Shown here one piece after another: positions 42,990-54,350 of a stretch of DNA of 64,000 nt. Origin of the DNA: Cyanidioschyzon merolae (Eukaryota); NCBI GenBank assembly GCA_000091205.1, contig AP006487.2, one strand, 5' to 3'. The notes beneath the pieces were generated by a model. It was not told the DNA's origin. It did no database searches and worked only from the letters and a program-made list of their open reading frames with translations. Position 1 is the first letter of the stretch. Every line of letters begins with the position of its first letter. A program made the position numbers and the translations under genes.

Positions 42990-45900
42990 TGCTTCATCCG
43001 ACGTAGAATCGGGTCTCGTCGTCAGTTTGTGCTCGTACAGTCTGCGGATGCAGGCTTGCCTTCGCTGCACGACACGCTGGAGAAACTTGGTTGTTAGGAT
43101 GAATTCTGGGAGCTGCCTCTCTCCTTCGTGATCATGCATGGAATGCATTGTTGTCGGTTGGCTATGCGGATTTGTGCTTGACACCCACTACAGAAGGAAG
43201 GCGTAGAGAGCACTAAACCCGTGTGCGCATCCGATCCGCTGGACCTTCCGCCTAGAAGGTAGCACGTGAGTTTGTTGGCCACTAATGAGCACTGAGGATC
43301 TGTTAGCGAACCATCAGTTGCCAGTGCTGCACTCAGAGTGAGTGTCCGGCCTTCGACTATCACGGTGTTGCCGAGCTGCTGCTGTCCTTCGAGGAGCTCG
43401 CTGCGCTCCTGCTTCTAGCGCGGCCACTGTAGGCCTAAATATGTCAGCGTCTCGGGGATTTCGTCTCGATAGCAGGTACAGTGTGACTCCCAGTGCGATT
43501 CCAGGGTTCCTATCCGGCTTAGAGCCGGTGCTGGTAGCCAGGAGCCACCAACGCTGATTTTGGCGAGCCACTGGGTACCTCGAGCAAGTCCCGGGAATTC
43601 CAGCGCCTCCCACCAGTAATTGCATGTGTATGCTAGGTTGTAGTTCCGGTATAGAGTCAAGCCGGCGTTACTCGCGCGACTGGTACTGTATCTACGTTCC
43701 CATATTGTTGTTCGGACCGTTCGCTTGAGGCGACGGGAGAATTCTATATTCCTGGGGAATGATTGGGTAGCGTGTTTTCGCCTAAGAGGCGCTTCAGCCA
43801 AATCTGCGCTGATTTCATCCAAGTGATCTTGCGGTGCGTTGGGGTCTGCATGGATATCCGACTGAACCAGGTGTTCATGGTTGGCCCTTTGCCCCATATG
43901 CGTGCCCGGCAGCCTGCTGCTATCGCCTCTGTCGAGGGTATTTGGAGTTCAAGTCCGAGTGCCAGCAGGTTGGTTGCTCTGCTCTGCATTGAGCATCCAA
44001 CTACAACGAGTCGCATTGCCCTGTTGGCGGCTGTCTGCAGACGCGAGGCATTTGTGTGCTTCATGCCGCACCATTCAGCACCACAGGTCGCAGGCTGGAT
44101 GATACATATCCTTAGTGCGCTGGTACGGATTGCTAAGGGGATAGAGGGGTCGGATAAGAATGGGCATGCGATCGCTGTACGTCTATGCATCTTGGCGATC
44201 ATCTCGTTAACGTGTGCCTTTTCGTCGAGCGTCGGCGTGAGACAGACCCTAGGTAGCGATATTTTTCCACGATTGGAATTTCCTGATTCTGCAACCGCCA
44301 CGAGCGATTGCGAATGCTCTGCGAGTCTCCATGGATGGCCATGACGCCGCACTTCGATGCTCCTATGCTCATCTCCCAGCGATCGGCCCAGGCGCTGACT
44401 TGTTCCATGCTAGCCGCAAGCGTTTCCGGGGCGGGTGCCAACAGCACGACATCGTCCGCAAATAGAAGGCCTGCGAGGCGGTTCCCATATGGGCGCTCCC
44501 CATCGGGCATCTCCACAGTCTATCCACGGCACCTCAAGCCCGTATTGTCTGTAGTTGTTAAGCAGATCGTTGATGAAGATGTTGAAAAGGAGCGGGGATG
44601 CAGGATCGCCCTGTCGCAGTCCACGGCGGATTCTTATCGAAGGGGTTCTTGAGCCGTCGCCTAGTCGGATGCGCATCCACGAGTCTGCATAGAGCGCACG
44701 GAAGAACGCTAAGCACTTTGCGGAGACTCCGGCTCGTTCCATCTTCATAAATGGAGCCTCATGCGGGAACGTGTCAAAGGCCTTTTGGAAGTCGACGAAG
44801 CATACGTAAGTTGGTTGTTGGTCGCTAATGAAGCGACGTTGCACCACTTCAATGAGGGTCAGGGCATGGTTCATGCACTCCTCGTGGCTCCGGAATCCAG
44901 CCTGTTCTGGGGCGAAGAACTTGCGTTCCTGGAGGCCGCTGTGGATACGGTTCGTGAGCATGGCGCGAAGTAGCTTCATGATTGACGGGATGAGGCGCAT
45001 AGTCCGGTAGATGTTCATGTCTGTGTGTGTGTGGGAGTCCTTTTTGAGGATCGGTACGACCTCGACAGCCCTCCGTACATCTGGGATGTACGCTTCTTCA
45101 AACATGCGTTGAATGAGCTCCAGAAGGCGTTTGCCTAAGATTGTGTCAGGTTCATCTGGTATCGATGGTGTCCCTGTTGTCCCGTCTTTTGGGGTCGCCA
45201 GTTTCATCCACTCCGCAGGGATACCGTCGATGCCAGGTGTTTTGCGATTGCTTGAGCATAGCAGAGTCCGAACAGATTCAGGCCAGAAAATTGGGTCGTT
45301 CCATTCCGGTACCGGGTCGAGGCGCGGTAGTTCTGCAGCATATCGGTGCCAATAGATTCGGTCTTAGCAGTGCCCAGTTGCGTCTTCATGTAATTCTGTG
45401 CCGTGGTCCGTCCAGGCCTCATTCACTGAGGCACGCTCCGTCCTCAGCGCTTCCTTTTAACAGTTGGTGTGAGCCCCAAGCACTTTCTTGGTGGGTCCAG
45501 TCTCGATCGGATGTAGCCTGGGGTTTCATCTTCGTTGGTGCTCTTCAGCATAGATTCCGCCAGGGAGGCCATTTTGCGGTTTCGATCCTCTCGTTTGTCT
45601 TCTCTGGAAAGTTTCTTCGTTCTTTTGATAGCTTCCTCATGTTGCGCCTGTAGCGCCGGTAGCGCTGCCTTCGCTTCCTTGTCTCCGGCGTTGGCGCGTA
45701 TGGCGGTGCGGTTGACAATCTTGTTGAGTCGGTGGCATTCATGAATCCGAGTTTTGGTACGTCGTTTGAGGTACTGCGGCTTGCTACTGTTGTGTTCAGG
45801 TGCAAGCAGTCCCAATTTTCTGGCAATCTTCTGATTCCCATCTACAAACTCGCGTGCCAATTGGTCTGAAGATTTGTATTCACGGCTTTTCGGATCTTCA

Positions 45901-46950
45901 GCGCTGTGAGCAGGTGCCTGGGATTGGCGACGGCTTTCTTGAGTTCCAGCTGGGGTGCCCTTTCGGGGGATACCTTGTGATGGGCTCGTTTGGGAGTTCT
46001 TCTTTCTATTCTTCTGTTTTTTCTTGCTGGTCTACTTCTTCTTCGGGCTCTTTCCTGAGCTGCTTTCTCTGGTTATTTTGCATTTAAGGGGATCATGAGG
46101 TTTCTGTGTCTCTTTCTCCGTACCTCGTTGGGTCTCTTTTCCAATTGTAGAGTCCTCGACTTGTATCAGTTCTTCATTACTGTACTGGTAATTCGATATC
46201 TCGTGGTTAAATACCGAGGCGATCCCGCTAATATTCCATGATGCGAAACCTATCGAGTCGTAGCGCATAAGGGAATAGGAGTAACGCTGCGGTACTCCAG
46301 AGATACGTTGTCGATTTAGACGCAGCTTCCACAGGGTGTGTGAGAGCACATGCCACCATTGCCTCCTGCATTCCAGTCGTTCACTGAGTGTCTGCCGCAG
46401 CGCTAGCGTAGAATCAGATGTACATTAGTCAAGGTCGATTCGAATGCGAACTTTGTCTTTCCGGACGCGTGAAGCTACCCTCAACCATTGGGAAAAGTCT
46501 GCAAACCACCATTTCAGCGGCTTTGTATCCGCTCCCCAAACACATAGGCGGGCAAGTCGCTTATTCCACTTTCGACAGTGAGCATACTGCCAGCTGTCTT
46601 CCAAAGTATCCGCCGAGATTGTTTCCAAAGTTGAGGTAGGTACTCAAGGTAGAAGGTGAAACTGAGCCCGAATTCAGGGATGGATCCAGTATTTGTGCCC
46701 GAACCTGCAGCGTTGTTTCGGGAGCAGCGGATGACTGCGCTCAGAATTATCGTCATCATTCTCTGCTACTGCCTACGCCCCTCCGTTCGTTGCGGTCAAG
46801 GCCCCTGGCGTGGACTTCCTTCGCAGTCGCTCAAGCACCCCGCGTTAACCCACTTTCAGAGGTTCTCCGGAAAGACTAGACCCCTTAGGCGGACGTGGTT
46901 TGTGGGGCTTTTAAGATAGTGGTTCCTTGATAAATAGTTTGCGACTAGTT
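42990..46950 (-). mobile_element. Non-LTR (LINE-type) retrotransposon relic: APE-like endonuclease plus reverse transcriptase, multiply frameshifted
   Basis: RT blocks on the minus strand: PGIDGIPAEWMKL, NIYR.., FDTFPHE, RRGLRQGDPASPLLFNIFINDL, GLLFADDVVLLA (D codon 44456-44454), YLG, PATCGAEWCG. C-terminal Cys motif: CTCYRDEIPETLTYLGLQWPR. Endonuclease-like fragments at 46.0-46.9 kb (FYLEYLPQLWKQSRRILW, VWGADTKP, NHEISNYQ). The 3' limit is uncertain. Confidence 0.8.
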
Positions 46951-47159
46951 TGCATCGCGCTCGGTGAGCGCACCTCGGAGATCGGGCAGGCATGAGACGC
47001 TACGCGCATGCCACTGTTGAAGGGAAACACGTGACCTTGATCAATAGCGTGTTGTTCTGCTGTAAAAGTCGGATTCCCGTTGAGGGCGTAGCAAAGTATA
47101 GTTTTCAGTTCATTTCTGTTTCAACCCTCAAGTAAAAATACTCGAGTGTTTTTTCGCAG

Positions 47160-47167
47160 TATATAAG
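47160..47167 (+). promoter_or_regulatory. TATA-like box (TATATAAG) ~210 bp upstream of the family I copy C start codon
   Basis: Direct reading, inside an A/T-rich block (47100-47340) that is unusual for this window. No functional evidence. Confidence 0.2.
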
Positions 47168-47376
47168 AGAAGCGTTCAAAGAGCATTCTTTTTAAAAAAA
47201 CTAAAAAAAGGAAAAGTATGTAGGAGCAAGTCCACGATCCTGGAGGCCCACTGTCGCAGGCTGCCAGAAAGAAAACAAAAAACAGTGCCGAGTCCAGAAG
47301 AACAGGGAGAGAGAAGAAGAACCGAAGAGGGGAGGCCCTACGTCGAAGGTGGCAAGAAAGACGACTGTACAACGAG

Positions 47377-48980
47377 ATGGTGGTGAAAGCCTTTCTTCTT
47401 GGACATATCAAGGATCCCTACAGGGAAAAGTTGCGAGACGCTATCGAAAAACGTGTCGACTCGTATTCCGAGAGTATTATCAAGGCGTCGTCAGGGCTGA
47501 TGCATTTGGCGAGGGAGATGTATCGCGACATGGCGCACATGGAAACAGTCGAGATTCCGGACGAGTTTCTCGACATGACCTTTATTTGTCAGCTAATGCT
47601 TGGTACAGCGGAAACGCGGAAGGAAAATGTGCTAGTGCACGCCCTCCACGAAGAACATACCTTTTACAGCTTCAATGGTACTCGATACAAGGTGACGGAG
47701 ATATTTACATCTATGGGGCGATGAAGTACCTCACGAATCTGAAGAACCATTTGACAATGAACCTCGAACGTTTCACGGTACGCGCCGTGTGTGCACTCTA
47801 CCCGGGCCTATCTCGCAAAGGAAAATGGGCGATTATCAATGGCATCACGAAAGATCGTAAGCATGAAGATGAGACGGATTTCGTTGACAAGAAGGCGTCA
47901 AACGAGAGCACGAATGAAGCTTCTGTAATCCGTGCTGCTATTCAAGAGCACCGTGCAATCCTGGGACTGGATTATCCAGCAGAAAAGATATCAGAGTTGA
48001 AAAAAGATAAGGAAACATACGATCGCCTCATTCTACGGTATTTCGTGTTTCTGGACCAAGAACTCGAACGCGAGGCGGAGATGAAGGTGAATAGGGGAAA
48101 AATGAAGAGTGGGAGAGACGGAAGGCTGTCCTAACGGGGAAGCGCTTCAACGTGGTTCCATTGTGCAACATCAAGTCAGATTTTGTGACCATCGGCTCCG
48201 GCGTCCTTTACGGCATCATGAAGCAGATCAGTCCGGAGTTCAGTGTCAGCAGGGAGGACTTCACCGGCGAAAACCGGGAGACGTACTGCAAGAGTATCTT
48301 CGATTTCAAACGTCTGAGAGTGAGCAAGCAAAAGTTGTTTACTGGGATGATCGTAACCGATGGAGTAGAATTGTGTGCAAACTATCGGCGGTTGAAGAGA
48401 GATCGGCCAGTCCCTCCCTCGGCTGCGCCCGTGACGAAGGATCAAGAAAACAAAGAGGTGTATCCTGCGACGCAGGAGGTGGAGGATAGAGACCTTGTCG
48501 TTGACGTGACCAAGGATGAAGAAAGGGAGGAGGCGGATCTTGCGACGCAGGAGGTGCAGGATTACGACCTTGTCGTAGGCGTGGACCCTGGGAATACGAA
48601 TGTCCTAACCATCGCAGCACCGAAGCGTGCGGAAGATGGAAAAGTGCCAGCGGAATCCTGAAGATATACAAAAGTACGGACCGCTGACGGAAGGGCGAAT
48701 GGAAAGGAGAGCGAAAGTTCGAGGATTGCTTGCATCAGTAAGTACAACCAGTGATGGCAAGAAACGGATGGAGTTTGTGAAGCGAGGTTTTAATGCCGCA
48801 ATCAATCTACGGAGATGTGCGGTGCTAGAGAATAAACCTCCAGACTGGACAAGAAGGAACCTTGTTGGACAATCTCTCAAAGGTGAACTATATGAGAGAA
48901 AGCTGGAAGCAGTAGTGGGTAGCCAGTCCAAAAAGACGGGGGGGGGGCGTCTGCACGTCAGCTGGAGACGATTTGTCTAA
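47377..48980 (+). pseudogene. TnpB/Fanzor-like gene, family I copy C: longest copy, N-terminal ~400 codons retained, three frame changes and an internal deletion of the RuvC-II/zinc-finger segment
   Basis: Four consecutive ORFs in frames 1,0,2,0: 47377-47724, ~47700-48134, 48152-48661, 48627-48980. RuvC-I-like [17 protein letters not shown] (gac 48584-48586). RuvC-III position KRMEFVKRGFNAAINLRR (G instead of D, ~48786) lies only ~67 codons later. A 60-bp internal duplication gives [14 protein letters not shown] / [15 protein letters not shown]10 homopolymer at 48938-48947. Confidence 0.6.
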
Positions 48981-49117
48981 GGCGCGTTCGCCGCCATTGC
49001 TGCGTACTGCCGGCGTCGTTCGACTTCGAACGGCGTTCGTGACCGAAGCTCATCCGCGGATCCAGCTGCACGCCGCTGCTTCATTCAGGACGCGTTGTAT
49101 AACAACGTCAGGGAACC

Positions 49118-49438
49118 ATGACGAAAGGAACATCTTCCAAGGGTCGCCGTCACGGCAAATCACATACACTCTGTATCCGTTGTGGACGACGATCGTACCA
49201 TATCCAGAAAAGTACCTGTGCGAGCTGCGGGTACCCGTCGCCGCGAAAGCGGACTTACAACTGGAGTTTGAAGAGCAAGCGGCGACGCACTACAGGAACT
49301 GGGCGCATGCGGTACTTGAAGACGGTTGCTAGACGGTTTCGAAACGGGTTCCGCGAAGAGAACACTCGTAAGGCGATAAAGAGGACAGTGGCTGCCGCTC
49401 CCGCACAGGAGAGCGGCCAGGAAGCAGCGAGCTCTTGA
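49118..49438 (+). CDS. RPL37: 60S ribosomal protein L37 (eL37)
   Basis: [68 protein letters not shown] is the canonical eL37 sequence with its C4 zinc ribbon. Confidence 0.95.
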   Translation: MTKGTSSKGRRHGKSHTLCIRCGRRSYHIQKSTCASCGYPSPRKRTYNWSLKSKRRRTTGTGRMRYLKTVARRFRNGFREENTRKAIKRTVAAAPAQESGQEAASS

Positions 49439-50717
49439 TTCGGAGTAGACGCGGCGCTACCCGTGTAGCACCGTATGCAGCGCAGCCTCTCGTCGGAGAG
49501 CAGCGATTGAGGTTGCTAATGGGGTCTTTATGTGGTGAATCGAACTGGTGTAAAACTTCTTCCGAGTGTCCCCTAGCGCTCATACCAACACCCATGGACG
49601 TTACGTCGCTCGTATCGCGTACGCGGTGCGCGCTTGTCGCAGCACGTATTGCCGTGGCCCTTTGCGGGTCCGTCGAGCAACTTTGTACCACAGCTGCATG
49701 GCTTGCGCTCTTGTTTATGAGCCTGGTACGACGCGAGCCGATACGTTCCAGTCCCGACTGGAGCGCATCGGGTACCCGTTCCCGCTTGGAAGCTTGGGCA
49801 CCCATCGCACTGCGTCGGCAGCGTTCCTAAATCGCGCATATCACCAACGATGGCCCGACACGAAATGGTTTCCGCGCGTCGATTCTCTTCCTTCTGTCCT
49901 GAATAGGCGGAGAACATCATGGCTTGTCCATGCCTACCGGTGCATGAGCACCCATCCAGGAGTCGGTCGTGAGCGTTCTCGATCAGTGCTCTGGAGGCCG
50001 CCAAGTTCATTTGAGGAAGCCCGACTTGCATGCGATGCGGCATGCAGCGGCGGGAAATGGCCTGCCGCTTCACACTGGGCGTAAAGTTGGGAGCAGTTGG
50101 CGTTGCTGACTCGCCGTTGTCGTTGTCGATGGCGAGTCGTGTACTTCGCTCGTGCTGAACTCGATGCAAAAATTGCTCGCTCGCATAGAAAACATGATAT
50201 TCGAATCATGCGCATATGACGGACGGCGAATACGCGCTACAGCACATGGGCAAAGCTAGTCCACGCTGCGACTCGTATTCTTCCATCAAGCCCGAGGTTT
50301 CCCGATGGATAGGCCGAAGGTTTTCGCAGGTTTGCGATCAGCGCTAGCGCGGGCGCTGGGCATTCATTCGTGCTCCTGGCTTGTGCTTCGTCATCGAACT
50401 TGAGCTACTCCGCACCGCAATCATTCCCGGAAACGGCACTGGTTACTCTTCAACTGGCATGCATTTCGGTATTTCGCGGCATCGACGACGGCGTACACTC
50501 CTGATGCACCACAGCGTAGAACTCTTGCTCCCGGGAGATGCCACTATTATCTTGCTTGCTGAACGTGTAAGCAGTTACGAAACTAGGGCGCGCTGCTCCT
50601 CCATGCAAGTCGACAAATATCGTGTTCTGGAATCTGCTCTGATACATCCGTTCTACATCATAAATGAACGTATCATCTATGCTGGCGTCGTAGCTCGTTG
50701 TCCAGTACTGCGCGGCG

Positions 50718-52019
50718 ATGGTATTGCGGGTATCGTCCCGAGCGCGTCAGGCAGCGCTGCTGGTCCGCATCGACAAGGGCATTGTAACCGGGACTCGCTT
50801 TGCGAGCTGGGGCGCTTTACACCAGGACTTGTTTGCTGGGTGGAAGGGCATGGAGTGGCCTGTCCGTTTTCATCGACTGCCTGGCGCTTTGCGGTTGACG
50901 GATACCGTTCTTCAGTTCCTGCCTCTGGATCGCGATGCAACCGTTCGCATCATACCGCTGAGTCGGGTGAAGCAGGTTCTGGTATCGGCCCCGGGAAGCC
51001 GCGTACACCTTCTAAAACTACAACTGGAGGATGCAACCTCCGCAGTTTTCGAGTTTGGCGGGGACCAGCGGTCCCGTGACCAGGCACGTGAGGCGATCGC
51101 TCGTGGGCTTCGGCGTCGTGGGGAGGTGGTGGCGGCGGCGGCGGCTGCAAGGCCCGTGGACGACCACGATCCGCTCTATCGGGAGCTGGTCGAGTCCGGT
51201 CTTGTTCCTGAGGATGTTTATCGCCTGTATGCGCCGTATCGGGAGGCAGCAAGCTGGCAGGCGAGGCTTTTCCAGGGTGGCACGCTTGTTGAGGCACCCG
51301 CGCAACGTGCCGGTCTACCGTCGGCACTCTTATCGGAACTTCGACCCGCCGAGGAGAGCGGGCGCCGTGTCAAGTATCGCTTTGATCCGGCAACTATTCA
51401 TCAGATCTTTGTAGAGGAACCTGCGGTTCAGCGCGCCTACGAGGATACAGTGGCTCGTGGCGTCCTTGATGAGAAAAGCTTCTGGAAAAAGTATGTTGAA
51501 ATGCGGACGGCGTTGTCGGCATCTGCAAATGGAGTCAGGCCCAGTGATGCCCACGCTGCCGCACGTGCCTTTTTTGCCAAATACGAACAGCATACTCGAG
51601 ATCATTCAAGCCGGAGCGATCATGAGAACGAGGCTGCGGGAGCTTCGCAGAGCGCGCTCCCTCTCGACGTGGACCTTCGCCGCAACGAATACGCCTCGCA
51701 GGAGCATCGTGAGGAGCACCTCGCTGATGCCCTCGAGCTCCTCCATCGTTTCAACCGTCATGGTCAACTGGTAATGGATGCGAGCCACTTTCGACCGGAA
51801 GAGCAGGAGTGGTTGAAACGTTCTTCCCTGATTCTCGAAGAGCTGGTGGAATCGCCTGCCTCCGATTCCAGCGATGACAACGTTGAGCTCGACGGCCGCG
51901 CCTGCGACGCAACAGTGCTCGCCGCTGGCCTGCTTCCCGCTCCATTTCAAATAGAGCGGGTCGCTGGTGAAGCCTATCGTGCAGCACTTTGTGCGCTCTC
52001 CGATGCAAATCTGTGCTAG
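50718..52019 (+). CDS. TFB1: TFIIH core subunit p62/Tfb1 (PH-like N-terminus plus BSD domains), short C-terminus
   Basis: Collinear with human p62 from memory: DPLYRELVESGLV (DPVLFQLYKDLVV); GLPSALLSELRP..VKYRFDPATIHQIFVEEPAVQRAYEDTV..EKSFWKKY ([48 protein letters not shown]); LLHRFNRHGQLVM (IIKRFNHHSAMVL). The start is uncertain; a later Met at GMEW is possible. It lacks about the last 150 aa of p62. Confidence 0.8.
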   Translation: MVLRVSSRARQAALLVRIDKGIVTGTRFASWGALHQDLFAGWKGMEWPVRFHRLPGALRLTDTVLQFLPLDRDATVRIIPLSRVKQVLVSAPGSRVHLLKLQLEDATSAVFEFGGDQRSRDQAREAIARGLRRRGEVVAAAAAARPVDDHDPLYRELVESGLVPEDVYRLYAPYREAASWQARLFQGGTLVEAPAQRAGLPSALLSELRPAEESGRRVKYRFDPATIHQIFVEEPAVQRAYEDTVARGVLDEKSFWKKYVEMRTALSASANGVRPSDAHAAARAFFAKYEQHTRDHSSRSDHENEAAGASQSALPLDVDLRRNEYASQEHREEHLADALELLHRFNRHGQLVMDASHFRPEEQEWLKRSSLILEELVESPASDSSDDNVELDGRACDATVLAAGLLPAPFQIERVAGEAYRAALCALSDANLC

Positions 52020-53116
52020 GGTTCCTGCTGCAGCACACAATATGCACAGCGCGAGGATCCATGCCCCCGCAGATGCCACTGTATGTTACCTGTTGGCAGA
52101 CAGGGCACATACAAGAGGCAGGGCGCCTTGGTATCCCGCGAACACGCAACAGCCTGTGCGGATGCGAGACGGACTGTTGCACTATTGGCCAGTATCCGAA
52201 TCGAATGGAGCGTGCATCACCCGTGACCAGCTCGAGCTGTGCTATTTTTTCAGCGACTGACCTGTAATCGCGAACGCCCATGCATAGCCAGGACGGCGTC
52301 GATCCGTTCCCTGGTTTCAATAGCACAGGCGATGTCGAGAACGGCGCAAATAGGCTTGCGTTCACATCATGAAACCTCGATGACAGCTCATGAGGGTCAT
52401 CGCACAGTCGCGAAAAGGCATATTGTCCAAGGCGCGTGTCGACATCGACCGGAACCCGTCGGCCTGGTGAACGCACCATGGCGTGCCGTCTTCAGGCATA
52501 ACCTCTCCGCGATGCGCGTTCGCGTTCGAGCGTGATCAAAAAGCTGTACCTTGTTTTGCCGAAGACTGCAAGCACCCAATTTAGGGATGACGTAAACGCC
52601 CCTGTACGTTACGGTGTGCCTGGTTCCCGAGTCGCGCTCGTTCGAACCGACAAGTCGCCTACCCGCGAAGAAACCAAGCACTGGAGGCGTTTTTCAACAA
52701 GCTACTGCTTCGGGTCCAACGGGATGCGCTTTTCGCCGTCGCTGCGCCTTAGCAGTGCCTCCTGCTGATCCTGAAGCCCGGTTACGCGTGATCGCAGGAA
52801 CGAGAGAGAGTCATCCCTGGAAAACACATTATCAAAGCGATTTGCGCGCCACTTCACTGGTCCCGAATCACACGGGTAAGCATCTTGTCCAGGAGGGGAA
52901 TCGTCCGTCCATTCGTACACGGCGCGTCCATGTTCCCGGGAATCCGTATGCATCTTAAATGCCGCTTTCGACGCCGACACCCTGTTGCCCCAGTGAACAA
53001 GGAGGTGTCCCTCTGCTCGACAAATTGCCTTGCGAGGCGGAACGCAGGTGTGCGTGGATCGCTGCGAGCTTCCGGTACGCTGTCGATTGCCAGCGGTACG
53101 CCCGCACTCGGGTTCC

Positions 53117-54289
53117 TCAGCTTGTCGATCGAACGATTCGCCCTACGACAACAGTCACATCATCCGCTTTGCCGCCATAATACCAGAAGCCAGCACTACG
53201 AGCGTTCACTGCAAATGGCGACATTCGGTTTTCGTCTGCTGCGAGCGTCACCGCCATCTGTGCCAAGCGCGTTGCCAGGTCTTGCAGCACAGGCGCGCCG
53301 TCCACAATCATCGCTGGTGCGGGTGCACAAGTGTTTGGCTCAGTGGCGATGTGCATTTCCCGACGTGCGTGGCCATCCGGCTCGCTTTTCAGCGTGGATT
53401 TGATCACAGCATTCGCTCGGGATCGCTCCGCCGGCGGCACGTCTGTTGCCGCCGCTTTCTTCTCAGTACGCTCCCGGTACCAGTCCTGAATGCAATCAAC
53501 AATTTCTTTATCGTACACATTGTCGAAAAGGCCGTCTGTGCCCAGAACGAACCAGTCGCCCGCCTGCACTTCGAAACGGTCCACGAACGCATCGTACGCG
53601 GTATCTTTGCTCTGAGATCCGAGCTGATACGGGCAGTTGAAGTAGTGCTGTTGTTCTTTCGAACGAAAGATAACATCGCCCTTGCGCATGACCAGGAGCC
53701 CAGAATCCCCCAAGTTCACACACGTGAGCGTACCACGTCGCGACACGACCTCCGCGCTCTCCAACGGAGTACTGAGCGCCACGAGGCACGCAGTGCAACT
53801 ACCGACCACATCATTGGACGCGGCCGCTTGATCCAGGACACTAACCAGGCTACCAGAAGCGTCCATACTTTCTGTGCCTGCACGCACGAGCTCGGCAAGC
53901 CGCCTTGAATAGAGGCCCGGATCGACGCCTAGCGCCGACCAGCCACCGACACCGTCGAAAACACCGGCTGCTCGTTTTGTGAGGAAGAACGCGTCCTCGC
54001 CACCACGTTGGCGCTTGTTCGGATGCGGGATCATTGCGACACCCGCTTGGAAGTGAAGTCGTCGGCTGCAAACTATCCACCAGGCAGCGTGGCTAGGCAC
54101 CCGCGGGGCATACCAGGCGGCTCGACGGCGCTCGGCAACGTTCCGTAGACCAGCTTCCGTTCGATTGGAAGCGAGCGAGCTCCACGGTCGAAAACTGCAC
54201 GAAGCAGCACTCGCTCCCTGAGCGAACACCCAGCCGGTCAAGCGATAGTTAGCTGCCGCCTCTGCTGCCCAGAAAAACGCCCTCGTCAT
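53117..54289 (-). CDS. PTC7-type PP2C/SpoIIE-like protein phosphatase with N-terminal presequence
   Basis: HPNKRQRGGEDAFF, GVFDGVGGW, GSCTACLV, NLGDSGLLV, GDWFVLGTDGLFDNV, GGKADDVTVVV. The track ORF extends to 54712 through a (GAAC)n tract. I use the first Met after the repeat (cat 54287-54289, MTRAFFWAAEAA). Confidence 0.8.
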   Translation of the reverse strand: MTRAFFWAAEAAANYRLTGWVFAQGASAASCSFRPWSSLASNRTEAGLRNVAERRRAAWYAPRVPSHAAWWIVCSRRLHFQAGVAMIPHPNKRQRGGEDAFFLTKRAAGVFDGVGGWSALGVDPGLYSRRLAELVRAGTESMDASGSLVSVLDQAAASNDVVGSCTACLVALSTPLESAEVVSRRGTLTCVNLGDSGLLVMRKGDVIFRSKEQQHYFNCPYQLGSQSKDTAYDAFVDRFEVQAGDWFVLGTDGLFDNVYDKEIVDCIQDWYRERTEKKAAATDVPPAERSRANAVIKSTLKSEPDGHARREMHIATEPNTCAPAPAMIVDGAPVLQDLATRLAQMAVTLAADENRMSPFAVNARSAGFWYYGGKADDVTVVVGRIVRSTS

Positions 54290-54303
54290 CGCAACCGTTG
54301 CAA

Positions 54304-54350
54304 GACGAACGAACGAACGAACGAACGAACGAACGAACGAACGAACGAAC
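54304..54350. repeat. (GAAC)n tetranucleotide microsatellite, ~11.5 units
   Basis: Direct reading. It lies 15 bp upstream of the proposed PP2C ATG on the minus strand and is translated as FVRSFVRSFVRS in the extended ORF. Confidence 0.95.

Noticed and set aside
50450-50760. Minus-strand ORF (..AAQYWTTSYDASIDDTFIYDVERMYQSRFQNTIFVDLHGGAARPSF..) overlapping the annotated start of the p62 gene
   Set aside because: No family recognised, and it is short (~98 codons). I record it only because it makes the p62 start codon (50718 versus a later Met) uncertain.
51751-52479. 242-aa minus-strand ORF with an EVE/PUA-like hint (SWLCMGVRDYRSVAEKIAQLELVTGD)
   Set aside because: It overlaps the 3' 270 bp of the well-supported TFIIH p62 gene. 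The resemblance is one short block, and neighbouring ORFs (52397-52681, 52702-52980) are in other frames. The evidence is insufficient.
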